DNA of 64,000 bases from Eledone cirrhosa (taxonomy: Eukaryota). Under the pieces are notes generated by a model that made no database searches, had not been told where the DNA came from, and was given only the letters and a program-made list of their open reading frames with translations. Location of the stretch: assembly GCA_964016885.1 (NCBI GenBank), contig OZ024753.1, positions 9,362,001 through 9,426,000 of the forward strand, written 5' to 3'. A program made the position numbers and the translations under genes. Below, piece by piece: positions 50,057-61,862 of this stretch. Every line of letters begins with the position of its first letter. Positions within the stretch are counted from its first letter, which is position 1.

Positions 50057-50380
50057 TTTATGTCCGCTTTTCCCTGTTTGCAAGGGTGGGATGGGAACTG
50101 ATTCTGGCTTGATTTCTACAGCTGGATGCCCTTCCTAACCCCAACCTCATTTACAGTGAGTGCTGGGTGCTTTATTACCGTGGCACCTCAAAGACCACTT
50201 TACAGTGGAATGATAGGGACCCCAGTCCCTATCATCTCATTTCTACAGCTGAGTAAACTGGAGCAATGTGAAATAAAGTGTCTTGCTCAAGGAAACAACA
50301 CATCACCCGGTCTGAGAATTGAACTCACAACCTTTCCATTGCAAGGCCAATGCTCTAACCACTAAGCCATGTGCCTCCAT
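50026..50380 (-). mobile_element. SINE family A, full length
   Basis: Reverse complement of SINE A with (CAT)n. Confidence 0.9.
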
Positions 50381-50509
50381 ATATATATATATGTATACAC
50401 ACACAGAAGTGTAGAGATGCTGTGCTGAATAGGACTCGTCCCACCCTTGCAAGCAGGGAAAAGGGGACGTAAAATGATGATGATGATGATGATGATATAT
50501 ATATAGTAA

Positions 50510-51095
50510 TAATAATTGTTTCTACTTTTAGGCACAAGGCCAGCAATTACCCAGTGCATTACTGGTACTTTATTTTATCGACCCCCGTAAGGATGAAAGG
50601 CAAAGTCAACCTCGGCGGGATTTGAACTCAGATCGTAAAGGGACGTAACTCTATGCTGGAAAGCATGGCGTCCAACCCTCTACCAATCCACCGCAATCCA
50701 TATAGTAATAATAATAATAATTGTTTCTACTTTAGGCACGAGGCCAGCAATTTTGAGAGAAGGGAAAATTGATTAAATTGACACCAGTGTGTTACTGGTG
50801 CTTTATTTATTGACCCCATATGGATTTGAAATCAGAACGTAAAAGGCCATAACTCTATACTGTGAAGCATGCTGTCCGACAGTCTACCAATACTGGCAAT
50901 CCATCGCCTTAGTCATAATAATGGTTTCTTATACAGGCACAAGGCCAGTAATTTGGGGGGAGGGGAAAGTCGATTAAATCGACCCCAGTGCGTGACTGGT
51001 ACTTTATTTTATCGACCCCATAAGGATGAAAGGCAAAGTTTACCTCAGCGGGATTTGAACAAAGACCGTAAAGGGCCGTAACTCAATGCTGCAAA
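50510..51095 (-). mobile_element. Three tandem SINE B copies
   Basis: Repeated (AAT)n-TGTTTCT..GGCAC.AGGCC...GATTTGAA modules. Confidence 0.85.
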
Positions 51096-51219
51096 TAATA
51101 GTAGTAATAAATACATTGTGTTTTAATGTTGTAGTAGGGTTATTGTTGTTGTTTAGTCTTAGTTTAAACAACCTAAGGCTGTATTGAGTAGATTTATTAT
51201 AATCAAAGGTATTACTCTC

Positions 51220-52357
51220 TTAACTCTTTGGCATTCACATTACTCTATATATACTATTGTATTTTCATGGTAAAGGCTTTATCTCACATAATATCTCACA
51301 TAACATTCACACTACTCTATATATACTATTGTATTTTCATGGTAAAGGCTTTACCTCACATAATATCTTACATAACATTCACACTACTCTATATATACTA
51401 TTATATTTTCATGGTAAAGGCTTTACCTCACATATTATCTCACATAACATTCACATTACTCTATATATACTATTATATTTTCATGGTAAAGGCTTTACCT
51501 CACATATTATCTCACATAACATTCACATTACTCTATATATACTATTATATTTTCATGGTAAAGGCTTTACCTCACATAATATCTCACACAACATTCACAT
51601 TACTCTATATATACTATTGTATTTTCCCAGTAAAGGCTTTACCTCACATAATATCTCACATAACATTTACATTACTCTATATTTACTATTGTATTTTCAC
51701 AGTAAACACTTTATCTCACATAATATCTCACACAACATTTACATTACTCTATATTTACTATTGTATTTTCACAGTAAACACTTTATCTCACATAATATCT
51801 CACACAACATTTACATTACTCTATATTTACTATTGTATTTTCACAGTAAACACTTTATCTCACATAATATCTCACACAACATTTACATTACTCTATATTT
51901 ACTATTGTATTTTCCCAGTAAACACTTTATCTTACATAATATCTCACACAACATTCACATTACTCTATATTTACTATTGTATTTTCACAGTAAAGACTTT
52001 ACCTCACATAATATCTCACATAACATTCACCTTACTCTATATTTACTATTGTATTTTCACAGTAAACACTTTATCTCACATAATATCTCACACAACATTT
52101 ACATTACTCTATATTTACTATTGTATTTTCACAGTAAACACTTTATCTCACATAACATTTACATTACTCTATATATACTATTGTATTTTCCCAGTAAACA
52201 CTTTATCTTACATAATATTGAATCTACGAGATTTTGATATTACTTTTTTCCGAGATCAATACCATAACATAAGTGGCCGATCACAGCTGCTGGTTTGAGT
52301 AGAAAGAGGTGAGAGAATTCTAGCTGGAGACAGCCGGTTTAAATGCTAAAGGGTTAA
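51220..52357 (+). mobile_element. piggyBac-like MITE with internal 72-bp tandem expansion (~13-14 copies)
   Basis: TTAACTCTTTGGCATT start, AAATGCTAAAGGGTTAA end; unit CATTCACATTACTCTATATATACTATTGTATTTTCATGGTAAAGGCTTTACCTCACATAATATCTCACATAA. Confidence 0.9.
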
Positions 52358-52629
52358 ATAAAAGATGGTGTGAAATGAGGGAGATTTGGCTGCTGTTTCT
52401 AGCAGGTTATAATGTAGAGATTCCATCATCGGTTCATTGTAATAGAGTTTTCATGTGATGTTTGTACGTATAAATACTTGTGGGAGGTTGGACATGAAAT
52501 TATTGGGGGTATGTTGGTCGGGGCTGGTCTAGTGTTTAGTTGTTATGTTAATGTAACTCAATGTTGTTTCGGCATGTGGTTGCAGGGGGTGTTAGCATTA
52601 ATGATATGATAAGTGTTGGATAATGATGC

Positions 52630-53079
52630 TTATATATACACATATATATATGTTTGTTTATATATATATATGTATATATGTGTGTATGTATGTATATATG
52701 TATGAGTATATATATGTGTGTGTGCGTATATATATATATATATATGTATATGTGTGTATATATGTGTGTATGTATGTATATATGTATGACTATATATATG
52801 TGTGTGTGCGTATATATATATATATATATATATGTATATGTGTGTATATATGTGTGTATGTATGTATATATGTATGACTATATATGTGTGTGTGCGTATA
52901 TATATATAGATATATGTATATGTGTGTATATATGTGTGTATGTATGTATATATGTATGACTATATATATGTGTGTGTGCGTATATATATATATATATGTA
53001 TATGTGTGTATATATGTATATGTGTGTATGTATGTATTTATGTTTGTATGTATGTATATACACACACACACACACACAT

Positions 53080-53152
<73 letters not shown>

Positions 53153-53165
53153 TCTATTCATATAT
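52630..53165. repeat. (TA/TG/CA)n compound microsatellite with larger periodic units
   Basis: Direct reading of the sequence. Confidence 0.9.
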
Positions 53166-53636
53166 CACAATGTTTGTAGGTATGTGTATCTGAATTTCCA
53201 TTAAGTTTTAGTGGAAGATATTTCAATAATTGTAATAACAAAATTAATGATTATATACAATTCTTAAAAAGAATATAACAAAACTAACAAGCATAAAGAA
53301 ATCTACTGAAATCTCTGAAGACGACCATTATTTTATTCAGCGAAACTGAAGGAAAATTAATCATTTTTCTTAAATTGATAAATGTTTTCCACATGCAAAT
53401 AAAATATTTTCATTTCATCTAATTTAACAATGGAAAGCATCACTTTAAAAATTTCACCTTACACAAATTTGTTAAAATGAGTATCATTTTTCTTAATAAT
53501 TAATAGATAAAGATTTTTGTCAACACATTTATAGCACTGAATATTTTTCAAAAGTTCAGACATTAATTTTAAACCACTTTACTTCATTAATATATAGACT
53601 TATTTCTTCACTATTATTATCATTATTCCCTTTACT

Positions 53637-54172
53637 TTCTGAGTTCAAATCCTGCCGAGGTAAATTTTGCCTTTAGAAGGGGTCTATAAAATAAAGTACC
53701 AGTAATATACTGGGGTAATTGCTGGCCTTGTGCCATAAATAGAAACAATTATTGTTGGCAGTATCGGTAGAGCGCCAGACAACATGCTTTGTAGCATAGA
53801 GTTATGACCCTTTACGGTCTGAGTTCAAATCCCGCCGAGGTAAACTTCGCCTTTCATCATTACGGGGATCGATAAAATAAAGTACCAGTCATGCACTGGG
53901 GTCAATTTATCTGACTTTCCCCTCCGCCAAATTGCTGGCCTTGTGTCTATATAAGCAACCATTATTATCACTATTATTAGGCGGGGGACTGGCAGTATCA
54001 GTAGAAGGTCGGACGCCATGCTTTCTAGCATAGAGTTACCTCCCTTTACAGTCTCAGTTCAAATCCCGCCAAGGTTAACTTTGCCTTTCATCGTTACGGG
54101 GTCGATAAAATAAAGTACCAGTAATGCACTGGGTAATTGCTGGCCTTGTGCCAAAAGGAGAAACAATTATCA
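53637..54172 (+). mobile_element. Three tandem SINE B copies
   Basis: Head-to-tail GAGTTCAAATCC..GGCCTTGTG..AAAC modules. Confidence 0.85.
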
Positions 54173-54345
54173 GTATTATTATTATTTCTTTTTTGCCTTC
54201 TTTAAAAAATCATTTTTATCATCGGGAGGCTAGGCTGTATCCAGGAGCTTTTTTTTTAGAGCTATTTAGATATGTAGAAAAGGGGTTGCCATAAATTCTA
54301 TAGAATGTACACAATGTAGATCTTGTGTTCACAAGAGATATAACA

Positions 54346-55760
54346 TAGTAACTTAATGTAAGGTTCTTATATAAAATCATGTTGGAAAATGTTAATTTAA
54401 ATTGAAACCTTTAAAATTGGGTGGTTTTATTTCATAGAATCAGAGAGGGGTTTACTAAAATAATTAATTATTTTATTACTAAGTTAGTAACTTAATGTAA
54501 GGTTCTTATATAAAATCATGTTGGAAAATGTTAATTTAAATTGAAACCTTTAAAATGGGTGGTTTTATTTCATAGAATCAGAGAGGGTTTACTAAAATAA
54601 TTAATTATTTCATTACTAAGTTAGTAACTTAATGTAAGGTTCTTATATAAAATCATGTTGGAAAATGTTAATTTAAATTGAAACCGTTAAAATTGGGTGG
54701 TTTTATTTCATAGAATCAGAGAGGGGTTTACTAAAATAATTAATTATTTCATTACTAAGTTAGTAACTTAATGTAAGGTTCTTATATAAAATCATGTTGG
54801 AAAATGTTAATTTAAATTGAAACCTTTAAAATTGGGTGGTTTTATTTCATAGAATCAGAGAGGGGTTTACTAAAATAATTAATTATTTTATTACTAAGTT
54901 AGTAACTTAATGTAAGGTTCTTATATAAAATCATGTTGGAAAATGTTAATTTAAATTGAAACCTTTAAAATGGGTGGTTTTATTTCATAGAATCAGAGAG
55001 GGTTTACTAAAATAATTAATTATTTCATTACTAAGTTAGTAACTTAATGTAAGGTTCTTATATAAAATCATGTTGGAAAATGTTAATTTAAATTGAAACC
55101 GTTAAAATTGGGTGGTTTTATTTCATAGAATCAGAGAGGGGTTTACTAAAATAATTAATTATTTCATTACTAAGTTAGTAACTTAATGTAAGGTTCTTAT
55201 ATAAAATCATGTTGGAAAATGTTAATTTAAATTGAAACCTTTAAAATTGGGTGGTTTTATTTCATAGAATCAGAGAGGGGTTTACTAAAATAATTAATTA
55301 TTTCATTACTAAGTTAGTAACTTAATGTAAGGTTTTTATATAAAATCATGTTGGAAAATGTTAATTTAAATTGAAACCTTTAAAATTGGGTGGTTTTATT
55401 TCATAGAATCAGAGAGGGGTTTACTAAAATAATTAATTATTTCATTACTAAGTTAGTAACTTAATGTAAGGTTTTTATATAAAATCATGTTGGAAAATGT
55501 TAATTTAAATTGAAACCTTTAAAATGGGTGGTTTTATTTCATAGAATCAGAGAGGGGTTTACTAAAATAATTAATTATTTCATTACTAAGTTAGTAACTT
55601 AATGTAAGGTTCTTATATAAAATCATGTTGGAAAATGTTAATTTAAATTGAAACCTTTAAAATGGGTGGTTTTATTTCATAGAATCAGAGAGGGGTTTAC
55701 TAAAATAATTAATTATTTCATTACTAAGTTAGTAACTTAATGTAAGGTTTTTATATAAGA
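54346..55760. repeat. ~138-bp satellite, ~10 copies, derived from a TTAA-terminated dispersed repeat
   Basis: Unit TAGTAACTTAATGTAAGGTTCTTATATAAAATCATG...ACTAAGT; homologous to 4190-4314 and 33728-33850; host element ends AAAGGGTTAA at ~56339. Confidence 0.92.
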
Positions 55761-56193
55761 TTATGTACAGTGCTCAGGTGCACTACAACTCATCAAAAGT
55801 GTATGTATAGTACATAGGGTAATGTACAAACGTCAGGAAAATGAACAGTGCATGAGTCATGATATACACATGTGTGCATGTGTATGGAAGGGGTACATCA
55901 GGTGTAGTTTTGGCGAATTTCGGGAAGCATGAGGGTTTTAAAGGATGCAGTGTCTCGGCAGCTAACAACTGACGCAGGCAGTTTGTTCCATGGAGGTTTT
56001 AAAGGATGCAGTGTCTTGGCAGCTAACAACTGACACAGGCAGTTTGTTCCATGGAGGTTTTAAAGGATGCAGTGTCTCGTCAGCTAACAACTGACACAGG
56101 CAGTTTGTTCCATGCTTCAGCAACTCTAAGCGTGAAAAAATGTTTCTGAAAGTCATGGGAGCTGTGCTGTTTTCTGACTTTGTAGGCATGTCC
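55761..56193 (-). mobile_element. CR1 3' fragment with internal 60-bp triplication
   Basis: Reverse complement of 34785-35062 homolog; flanked by ATTATGT on both sides. Confidence 0.85.
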
Positions 56194-57039
56194 ATTATGT
56201 TAGAAGATTTTAATTTAAATTGGAAACCTTGGTTTCCAATTTAAATTAAAATCTTCTAACATAATGGACATGCCTACAAAGTGGTTTTATTTCATAGAAC
56301 CAGAGTTGGTTTTAGCCAGATTGCTAACTAAAGGGTTAAGAATAGATTCACTGTATCTCTGCAACTAAAAGGGATGGCACAAGAACAAACATCCAGAACT
56401 ACAACCATAAGGCACTGCCTAGAAAAAAAAACAAAAAAACTCATGATGAGTATGAGACCTACCATGTGACCTAGGTAACCCCTGCCTTTGCAAGGAAATG
56501 ACCTTAAATTGCTCACCATATAGTTGAAACATCCATAGCTCAGCCAATATTGATTACAGAACACACAAAATCGATATTAAAGCAGAAATGTATATTTAAA
56601 CTATAATATATAAACAAAATACACTATCCGTATCTGAAGAGTACAAATATCAAAGGAAGTAAAATAACACAAACATGTAAAAACACATGATTAATATCCA
56701 TTTAACCTTTTTCTAAATATCTTGTTATGATCCACCATCATCATGACCCATCATCATTATCATCGTTTAACAGCCACTTTCCTTGCTAGCAAGGGTTGTA
56801 TAGGTCTACTTAGATGAAGTCAGTACCGAAGTGGGGTTACTGATCTCCCTGAAAGGCCAGAGATCTGCATCTTGCTTACATTTGGTCTTACATTCTACAG
56901 AGTGTACAGGGAGATGATGTCATGTCTTTGACACATCTGAAAGGTTCTCTTCCCCTAAATTCTAAATACACAAATCTAAGCATTTTGTGTTATGCACCTT
57001 TGGGTTATATTGTCTAAATTGTTGCTGTATATCACTGGT

Positions 57040-57263
57040 TTAACCCTTTAGTGTTTAAACCAGCCATATCTGGCCAGAATTCTCTCACCTTTTTCTATTC
57101 AAACCGGCCATAACTGGCCACTCATACTGACATTAAGGTATTGTTCTCAAAATAAATGATATCAAAATCTCATAGATTCATTATTATGTGAGATAATGAC
57201 ATGAGGTATAAAGCCTTTACCATGAAAATATAATACAGAGTACTGTAAATGCTAAAGGGTTAA
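57040..57263 (-). mobile_element. piggyBac-like MITE, full length
   Basis: TTAACCCTTTAGTGTTT...AAATGCTAAAGGGTTAA. Confidence 0.85.
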
Positions 57264-57814
57264 TTGACAGTATGTTAAGTATGGATTCGCAATCATGGGG
57301 TTGTGACTTTGATTCCCAGACTGGAAGATACATTATGTCCTTGAGCAAGACACTCTTTTTTCACATTGCTCTTTCTGCCAGTAGTTGTGACCAGTAGATA
57401 GTATCAGTAATAGAAAGACTAATAGTAAAAATTGTTTCCTTAGTTTAATTTGATGAGTTCCTTCACACTCAGTGCATCTACGAAGTCTTGGATCTTGTCG
57501 ATCACTTCGATGCTAAGTGTGTGTATGTGTGTGTGTGCAGTTTGTGTGTATGTCCAGTGTGTGTAGTAGTAGTAGTAGTAGTCAGTTCCTACTACATTGA
57601 ATCTATAATTCATGGTTTTGTTATAAGATGATTCTATTTTATTACATTTATACCACAAAGCTATGATAGGTACCAGTGAATTGGTGAAGTTGTTAGGGTG
57701 TCAGATTAAAAATACTTCAGTATTTAAACAAACAATGTATGAAGCCAGATAATATATATATATCTATATATGATATTAAATAAATGGAAACTATATTTAT
57801 AAAACCATATTTAT

Positions 57815-57874
57815 TTCATTATATATATTTCAGGGATATCATATTAACAATATGTTATGCCTTCATCAGACAAA
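57815..57874 (-). ncRNA. Type-I hammerhead ribozyme-like motif, canonical core
   Basis: Minus strand TTTGT-CTGATGA-AGGCATAACATATT-GTT-AATATGATATCCCT-GAAA-TATAT-ATA-ATGAA. Confidence 0.6.
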
Positions 57875-58194
57875 ATACAATATAAACAGTCTCATAAATA
57901 AATAGATATGACATACCTTTCAATCGACTTGCATTTGGGAAGTTGATTTGGCAGTAAAAAATATTGTGGACAGTTGTAAAAATATTTACTCGTTGTTAAC
58001 CCAACAATTTAAATATAACTTTCCATATATATCTATATATATATTTAGGGATTGTAATGTCCAGTTACTGAAGGGTTCACCAGTTTGAGCACTTGATGGG
58101 TAGTTTCCATTAAGTATAGAGGTGTAGTACTAAGCAGAGTGTAATAATAATAATAAAAAAAGGGAAATTTGTTAGGTCTTTATTATGTTTGTTA

Positions 58195-58310
58195 TGAGTT
58201 CAAATCCCGCCAAGGTTAACTTTGCCTTTCATCCTTACGGGGTCGATAAAATAAAGTACCAGTAATGCACTGGGTAATAGCTGGCCTTGTGGCTAAAGTA
58301 GAAACAATTA
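58195..58310 (+). mobile_element. SINE B 3' half
   Basis: GAGTTCAAATCCCGCC...GTAGAAACAATT. Confidence 0.85.
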
Positions 58311-58429
58311 TGTTTGTTGAATGGTAATGTGTGTTTTGCTATTGATCAGTTCAAGGTTTGATCTGTATCAATCTTGCCTGACACTGGAATCAAAGGCTTG
58401 TTGCACTTCTGTTATATGTATATGTATAT

Positions 58430-58785
58430 ATAAATAAGACACGCGTGCATGCTACACGTGAGATTGTTTCATACACTGACTACTCTAAACTTTCCTCTTG
58501 CTTTATCTTCATAAACTGCCAATGTTTCATTTTTATTTTTATTTTTATTTTTATTTTTACCCTTTAACCTTTATATGTAAATTGCCATGCTATATCATTC
58601 TGATGGATGTCATCCCACTGTGGGTCAATATGTGCATATATTTTTATATGTCTCTTGTGTTGACAAGGAGGTCAAGTATGTTATAGAGCACTAAATAGTT
58701 GCTCCGAAGAATCCAAACCTCAGTTTGGAGGAAACAATTGTAAGCAAATAAATGATTTAAACTGAACTTTGATTATTGTAATCTC

Positions 58786-58790
<5 letters not shown>
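58430..58790 (+). mobile_element. Non-coding hammerhead-bearing repeat (retrozyme/Penelope pLTR-like), copy 2
   Basis: TTGCT-CCGAAGA-A-TCCAAAC-CTCA-GTTTGGA-G-GAAAC-AATT-GTA-AGCAA at 58699-58747; flanks homologous to 35690-36035 (minus). Confidence 0.72.
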
Positions 58791-58826
<36 letters not shown>

Positions 58827-59352
58827 AGATTCAGGACCCTGACGGCTGAGCTCCAGGTATTTCAACAGCTAGATCCGAAACAGGCAGAGCTGTTGGGTTA
58901 TGGTCCACCTGTTATTTTACCACACTCTTTCTGATATATATATATAAAAATTTATCGGACCAGATCATTTGAATTCATTTAACCTTGCTGAATTTCCACT
59001 CGCTCCATGATTCTACAGAACTTGTATTAAGTAAATAAAAGTCTGTATATTAGAGGGCACACTAGGAGTTGGTTTGAGGTATAAACGAAGTTGTGTGGGA
59101 ATGCAGAAAAAAGGACTGCTTCTTGATGCGTTAGTAGCAAGTGAGAAAGTCTCAAGAGGAAGAGGGAAGAATTATACGTGATACAGTGGTAAAAAAAAGG
59201 ACTGTTTCTTTCATAGCAAGTGATATACATAGTTAATTCTACAACAATTACTAAAGCATAGTTGAAGATAAGTGTTTCACCTAAAAATCCTATATTAGGT
59301 GAAACACGAGACCTCAAGTATGGTTTCGTAATTGTTGTGGAATTAAATCTAA

Positions 59353-59650
59353 ACTTCTTCTTGTCGTGTCCACAAGAATGTCAGTTACAAAGCTTGGCTA
59401 GATGTGGTTCCACCACAGCTGAATACATTGCTGTCCTTTCTCATTAAACTCTGCCAAGTCCAATGCTGTGCAGGGGTGTTCCAGCAGGGGGCATATCATG
59501 CAGTGCTGTGTAGCCTGTGGTTTGATGCCACAGTCGCATACAACGTCCCCATCCTTGAAATATTCCCATTTTGCCAGATTGGCTTTTGTACATCTAACGC
59601 CAGATCTAAGTCTGTTTAGGCATTTCTACACTGCATAGTTTGTATCTGCT
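59353..59650 (-). mobile_element. Vingi/I-group LINE 3' fragment
   Basis: Minus strand KCLNRLRSGVRCTKANLAKW...CDCGIKPQATQHCMICP...*, then GGACACGACAAGAAGAAG tail. Confidence 0.7.
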
Positions 59651-59824
59651 CGGGGAGGGGGGGGGGCAGTGCCTTGCTAGCCTTTAACACCATTGTTGTT
59701 ACAGATGGGAGGTTGTTAAGTTTTACTTCCCACTCTAAACTAAACTCATCCTTCGGACAGAGTGCCCTACCAAATTTAGATATAAATCTTCTGATTTTTC
59801 ACTACTATATATATGTTATTTATC

Positions 59825-60340
59825 TGGGCATGCCTACAAAGTCAGAAAACAGCACAGTTCCCATGACTTTCGGAAACATTTTTTCACGCTCATCAGTTGT
59901 TAGCTGCCGAGGTACTGCATCCTTTAAAACCTCCATGCTTCCTGAAATTCACCAACACTACACCTGATATCCCCCTCCATACACACGCATACAATTATAT
60001 CATGACTCATACACTGTTCACTTTCCTGATATTTGTACATTATTCTATGTACTTAAAAAAGCGGTGGATTGGCAGTATCGGTAGAGGGTCGGACGCCATG
60101 CTTTCGAGCATAGTTACGTCCCTTTACGATCTGAGTTCAAATCCCGCTGAGGCTGACTTTGCCTTTCATCCTTACGGGGTCGATAAACTAAAGTACCAGT
60201 AATGCACTGAGTAATTGCTGGCCTTGTGCCTAAAGTAGAAACAATTATTCTATGTACTTTACATGCACCTTTGATGAGTTGTAGTGCACCTGAGCACTGT
60301 ACACAATAATTTCATTATTATTATTATTATTATTATTATT
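59825..60340 (+). mobile_element. CR1 3' fragment with a nested SINE B (~60054-60243, TSD ATTATTCTATGTACTT)
   Basis: GGGCATGCCTACAAAGTCAGAAAACAGC... to the (ATT)n tail; 16-bp direct repeat flanks the SINE. Confidence 0.88.
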
Positions 60341-60369
60341 TATCATTAACATTAGAAGTTCAGGGAGCT

Positions 60370-61168
60370 ACTGCCACTGCTAGCTGCAAAAAGCTTTTCC
60401 CCCCAAAATGAAAGGCAGACTGTATGATGCGTGCATACGAACAGCAATGTTACATGGTAGTGAGACCTGGGCGCTGTCTATGGAAGACTTGCGTAGATTA
60501 GAAAGAGACGAAGCTTGCATGCTCTGATGGATGTGTAATAGTAATATATATGAACAGCAAAGCATAAACGAACTGAGAGAGAGACTGAGCATAAGAGGAA
60601 TCAAATGCTGGGTGCAGGAGAGGAGATTACATTGGTATGGACATGTGTTGCGTATGAAGGATTACAGCTGTATAAAAAGGTGTGCAGAGCACTAGAAGTT
60701 GATGGAAACCGCGGAGTGGGGAGACCCAAGAAGACCTGGATGAGGTGATAAAAGCCGACCATACCCAATTACACCTCTCAAAGGCGATGACACACGACCG
60801 TGACCTCTGGCATCACGCAGTAATACAGAAGACCCAACTACCCACGGGTACAAGCCGAAGCTGAAGCATATAGACAATATGCCCTCACCCCCTCCCACTG
60901 CAAAGTGGTCGTGGAGGTGCCACGGCAAAAAAGCACCCAGCCCACACTGTAAAAGTGGACGTGTAGGCACCATGGACAAAACTCACCCAGCACTCACTGT
61001 AAATGAGGTTGGTGTTAGGAAGGGCATCCTGCTGTAGAAATCAAGCCAGAATCAGTTCCCGTATGAGCAAGACATGGTCAGCCGACCCGCTACTGCCCAC
61101 AATAGACAACCCGTGTAACCCATGCTAGCGTGGAAGAATGGACATAAAACAGTGATGATGATGATGAT
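60370..61168 (+). mobile_element. RTE LINE 3' fragment (long-UTR family), degenerate
   Basis: KGRLYDACIRTAMLHGSETWA...ERRLHWYGHV; UTR homologous to 11280-11585. Confidence 0.9.
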
Positions 61169-61862
61169 TAATATGAAAATAAAAATTATATTTCTTTAGA
61201 ATAGGGCCTCAAATTTCATATACCTTATGGTGTCAGCAGGTAAATATCCGGCCCTGAATCCTATCAAATCTAGTCACATGATTGAACCATCTCATACCTG
61301 TTTTCTTTACAGTAAAATGATTAGGAACCAGAAATTTAACATCACAGGTGTTGGAGAAAGATCAACTTTCACACAGATGTAAAAAGAGAACCTCTTCCAT
61401 CTATGGTAAGTGTGAAATCATAACAAAATGTTCTTTGAAGTCATTAAAGTTATATATTGGGAACTACAGAATTTTCCTAAGTGTGTGAGACAATTGATAG
61501 CAACTCAACTGAAAGAATTAAATTATTGTCTTGTAATAAAATTTGAAATATAAAAAAAAATTAATATTTCGATAGAATTTATACCTAAAATATAATTTAA
61601 ATAATTCTTTTACTCTCAATCATTCTATTATTATTATTATATATATATATATATATATATATTATACACATATATATACACACATGTATATATATATATA
61701 TATACACACATATATATATATATATAAACATATATTATATATATACACATATAAATATATATATACAGATATATATATTTATTTTAGTCTTCTAAATATA
61801 TTTATGTACTTTTACGTATATGTACATCTATATACATAAATATATATATATATATATATATA

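Noticed and set aside
51228-52298. 356-aa and 326-aa hydrophobic repeat ORFs
   Set aside because: Translations of the 72-bp array inside a MITE.
53315-53347. CTGAAGA...CGAAAC hammerhead-like spacing
   Set aside because: Stems I-III do not pair convincingly.
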